IMG/VR virus record: IMGVR_UViG_2728369185_000014
Length of the DNA stretch: 42,922 bases
Reading direction: 5' to 3' (one strand)
Source: a virus
Lineage: Duplodnaviria > Heunggongvirae > Uroviricota > Caudoviricetes
The position numbers and the translations under genes are program-made. Positions 41,128 through 42,922 of this stretch are shown in pieces; positions within the stretch are counted from its first letter, which is position 1; each line of letters opens with the position of its first letter. The notes below the pieces were generated by a model. The model ran no database searches. It was given only the letters and a program-made list of their open reading frames with translations, and was not told where the DNA came from.

Positions 41128-41908
41128 TGAGGTGAATCCGCAGATGACCCTGCGTCGCCTGCCGGATGAAGATCCGCAGAATCTGGCGGACCCGGCTTAC
41201 CGCCGCCGTCGCATCATTATGCAGAACATGCGTGACGAAGAGCTGGCCATTGCCCAGGTCGAAGAGATGCAGGCAGTTTCTGCCGTGCTTAAGGGCAAAT
41301 ACACCATGACCGGTGAAGCTTTCGATCCGGTTGAGGTGGATATGGGCCGCAGTGCGGCCAACAACATCACGCAGTCCGGCGGCACGGAGTGGAGCAAGCG
41401 TGACAAGTCCACGTATGACCCGACCGACGATATCGAAGCCTACGCGCTGAACGCCAGCGGAGTGGTGAATATCATCGTGTTTGATCCGAAAGGCTGGGCG
41501 CTGTTCCGTTCCTTCAAAGCCGTCAAGGAGAAGCTGGATACTCGTCGCGGCTCTCATTCCGAGCTGGAGACAGCGGTGAAAGACCTGGGCAAAGCGGTGT
41601 CCTACAAGGGGATGTATGGCGATGTGGCCATCGTCGTGTATTCCGGACAGTACGTGGAAAACGGCGTCAAAAAGAACTTCCTGCCGGACAACACGATGGT
41701 GCTGGGGAACACTCAGGCACGCGGTCTGCGCACCTATGGCTGCATTCAGGATGCGGACGCACAGCGCGAAGGCATTAACGCCTCTGCCCGTTACCCGAAA
41801 AACTGGGTGACCACCGGCGATCCGGCGCGTGAGTTCACCATGATTCAGTCAGCACCGCTGATGCTGCTGGCTGATCCTGATGAGTTCGTGTCTGTACAAC
41901 TGGCGTAA
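41128..41908 (+). pseudogene. E: Major capsid protein E, 3' fragment (codons 83-341)
   Basis: ...EVNPQMTLRRLPDEDPQNLADPAYRRRRIIMQNMRDEELAIAQ...DPDEFVSVQLA matches the rest of lambda E and is in frame with the 5' fragment once the insert is removed. Confidence 0.9.
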
Positions 41909-41949
41909 TCATGGCCCTTCGGGGCCATTTTCTCTCTGTGGAGGAGTTC

Positions 41950-42348
41950 ATGACGAAAGATGAACTGATTGCCCGTCTTCAGGAGCTGGGTGAGCAACTG
42001 AACCGCGATGTCAGTTTGACGGGAACGAAAGAAGAACTGGCGCTTCGTGTGGCAGAGCTGGAAGAAGAGCTTGATGACACGGATGAAACTGCCGGTCAGG
42101 ACACCCCTCTCAGCCGGGAAAATGTGCTGACCGGGCATGAAAATGAGGTGGTATCAGCGCAGCCGGATACCGTGATTCAGGATACGGCTGAACTGGTCAC
42201 GGTTGTGGCACTGGTGACGCTGCATACTGATGCACTTCACGCCACGCGGGATGAACCTGTGGCATTTGTGCTGCCGGGAACGGCGTTCCGTGTCTCTGCC
42301 GGTGTGGCAGCTGAAATGACAGAGCGCGGCCTGGCCAGAATGCAATAA
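41950..42348 (+). CDS. FI: DNA-packaging protein FI
   Basis: 132 aa from the internal ATG (MTKDELIARLQELGEQLNRDVSLTG...), matching lambda FI. Confidence 0.85.
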   Translation: MTKDELIARLQELGEQLNRDVSLTGTKEELALRVAELEEELDDTDETAGQDTPLSRENVLTGHENEVVSAQPDTVIQDTAELVTVVALVTLHTDALHATRDEPVAFVLPGTAFRVSAGVAAEMTERGLARMQ

Positions 42349-42359
42349 CGGGAGGCGCT

Positions 42360-42713
42360 GTGGCTGATTTCGATAACCTGTTCGATGCTGCCATTGCCCG
42401 CGCCGATGAAACGATACGCGGGTACATGGGAACGTCAGCCACCATGACATCCGGTGAGCAGTCCGGTGCTGTGATACGTGGTGTTTTTGATGACCCTGAA
42501 AATATCAGCTATGCCGGACAGGGCGTGCGCGTTGAAGGCTCCAGCCCGTCCCTGTTTGTCCGGACTGATGATGTGCGGCAGCTGCGGCGCGGCGACACGC
42601 TGACCATCGGTGAGGAAAACTTCTGGATAGACCGGATTTCGCCGGATGATGGCGGAAGCTGTCATCTCTGGCTTGGGCGGGGCGTACCGCCTGCCGTTAA
42701 CCGTCGCCGCTGA
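42360..42713 (+). CDS. FII: Head completion protein FII
   Basis: 117 aa, matching lambda FII (MADFDNLFDAAIARADETIRGYMG...). Confidence 0.9.
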   Translation: MADFDNLFDAAIARADETIRGYMGTSATMTSGEQSGAVIRGVFDDPENISYAGQGVRVEGSSPSLFVRTDDVRQLRRGDTLTIGEENFWIDRISPDDGGSCHLWLGRGVPPAVNRRR

Positions 42714-42724
42714 AAGGGGGATGT

Positions 42725-42922
42725 ATGGCCATAAAAGGTCTTGAGCAGGCCGTTGAAAACCTCAGCCGTATCAGCAGAACGGCGGTGCCCGGTGCCGCCG
42801 CAATGGCCATTAACCGCGTTGCTTCATCCGCGATATCGCAGTCGGCGTCACAGGTTGCCCGTGAGACAAAGGTACGCCGGAAACTGGTAAAGGAAAGGGC
42901 CAGGCTGAAAAGGGCCACGGTC
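42725..42922 (+). CDS. Z: Tail assembly protein Z (5' part, runs off the window)
   Basis: MAIKGLEQAVENLSRISRTAVPGAAAMAINRVASSAISQSASQVARETKV... matches the lambda Z N-terminus; truncated by the window end. Confidence 0.8.
   Translation, partial: MAIKGLEQAVENLSRISRTAVPGAAAMAINRVASSAISQSASQVARETKVRRKLVKERARLKRATV

Overview
The window reads as a lambda-like prophage of an enterobacterial host, in prophage gene order. From left to right: int/xis; early-left genes (exo, bet, gam, kil, cIII, ea10, ral, sieB); an N-like antiterminator; an immunity region with a non-lambda specificity (hybrid cI, cro, hybrid cII); O/P replication genes with ori iterons; a DLP12-like nin region (P/ren remnant, emrE, serine recombinase, ybcN-ninE-ybcO-rusA-ylcG); a short Q; the lysis cassette (S, R, Rz/Rz1); bor; cos; and the head/packaging genes Nu1-A-W-B-C-Nu3-D-E-FI-FII-Z. 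Many proteins match my recollection of phage lambda almost residue for residue. Four N-runs (2660..2771, 12291..12300, 18412..18421, ~23041..23192) break the assembly, so gene adjacency across them is unverified. The most striking feature is a ~10.9-kb integrative satellite-like element (about 30240..41117) inserted inside the major capsid gene E, flanked by a 10-bp direct repeat. It carries a P4-type integrase, AlpA, a primase-helicase, an iteron origin, SSB, its own homologues of capsid protein E, decoration protein D and small terminase Nu1, and its own cos site. Two AT-rich two-gene cassettes sit in classic moron positions and are candidate uncharacterised exclusion/defence systems: one replaces rexAB between N and cI (7427..8733), the other lies antisense between Q and the holin (18780..21172). 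The portal gene B carries an in-frame TGA, and the long Gam isoform appears not to be encodable. Coordinates taken from the ORF track are reliable; features I placed by hand (kil, cIII, orf28, ninE, ylcG, cos, att cores, operators, iterons) may be off by 1-2 bp.
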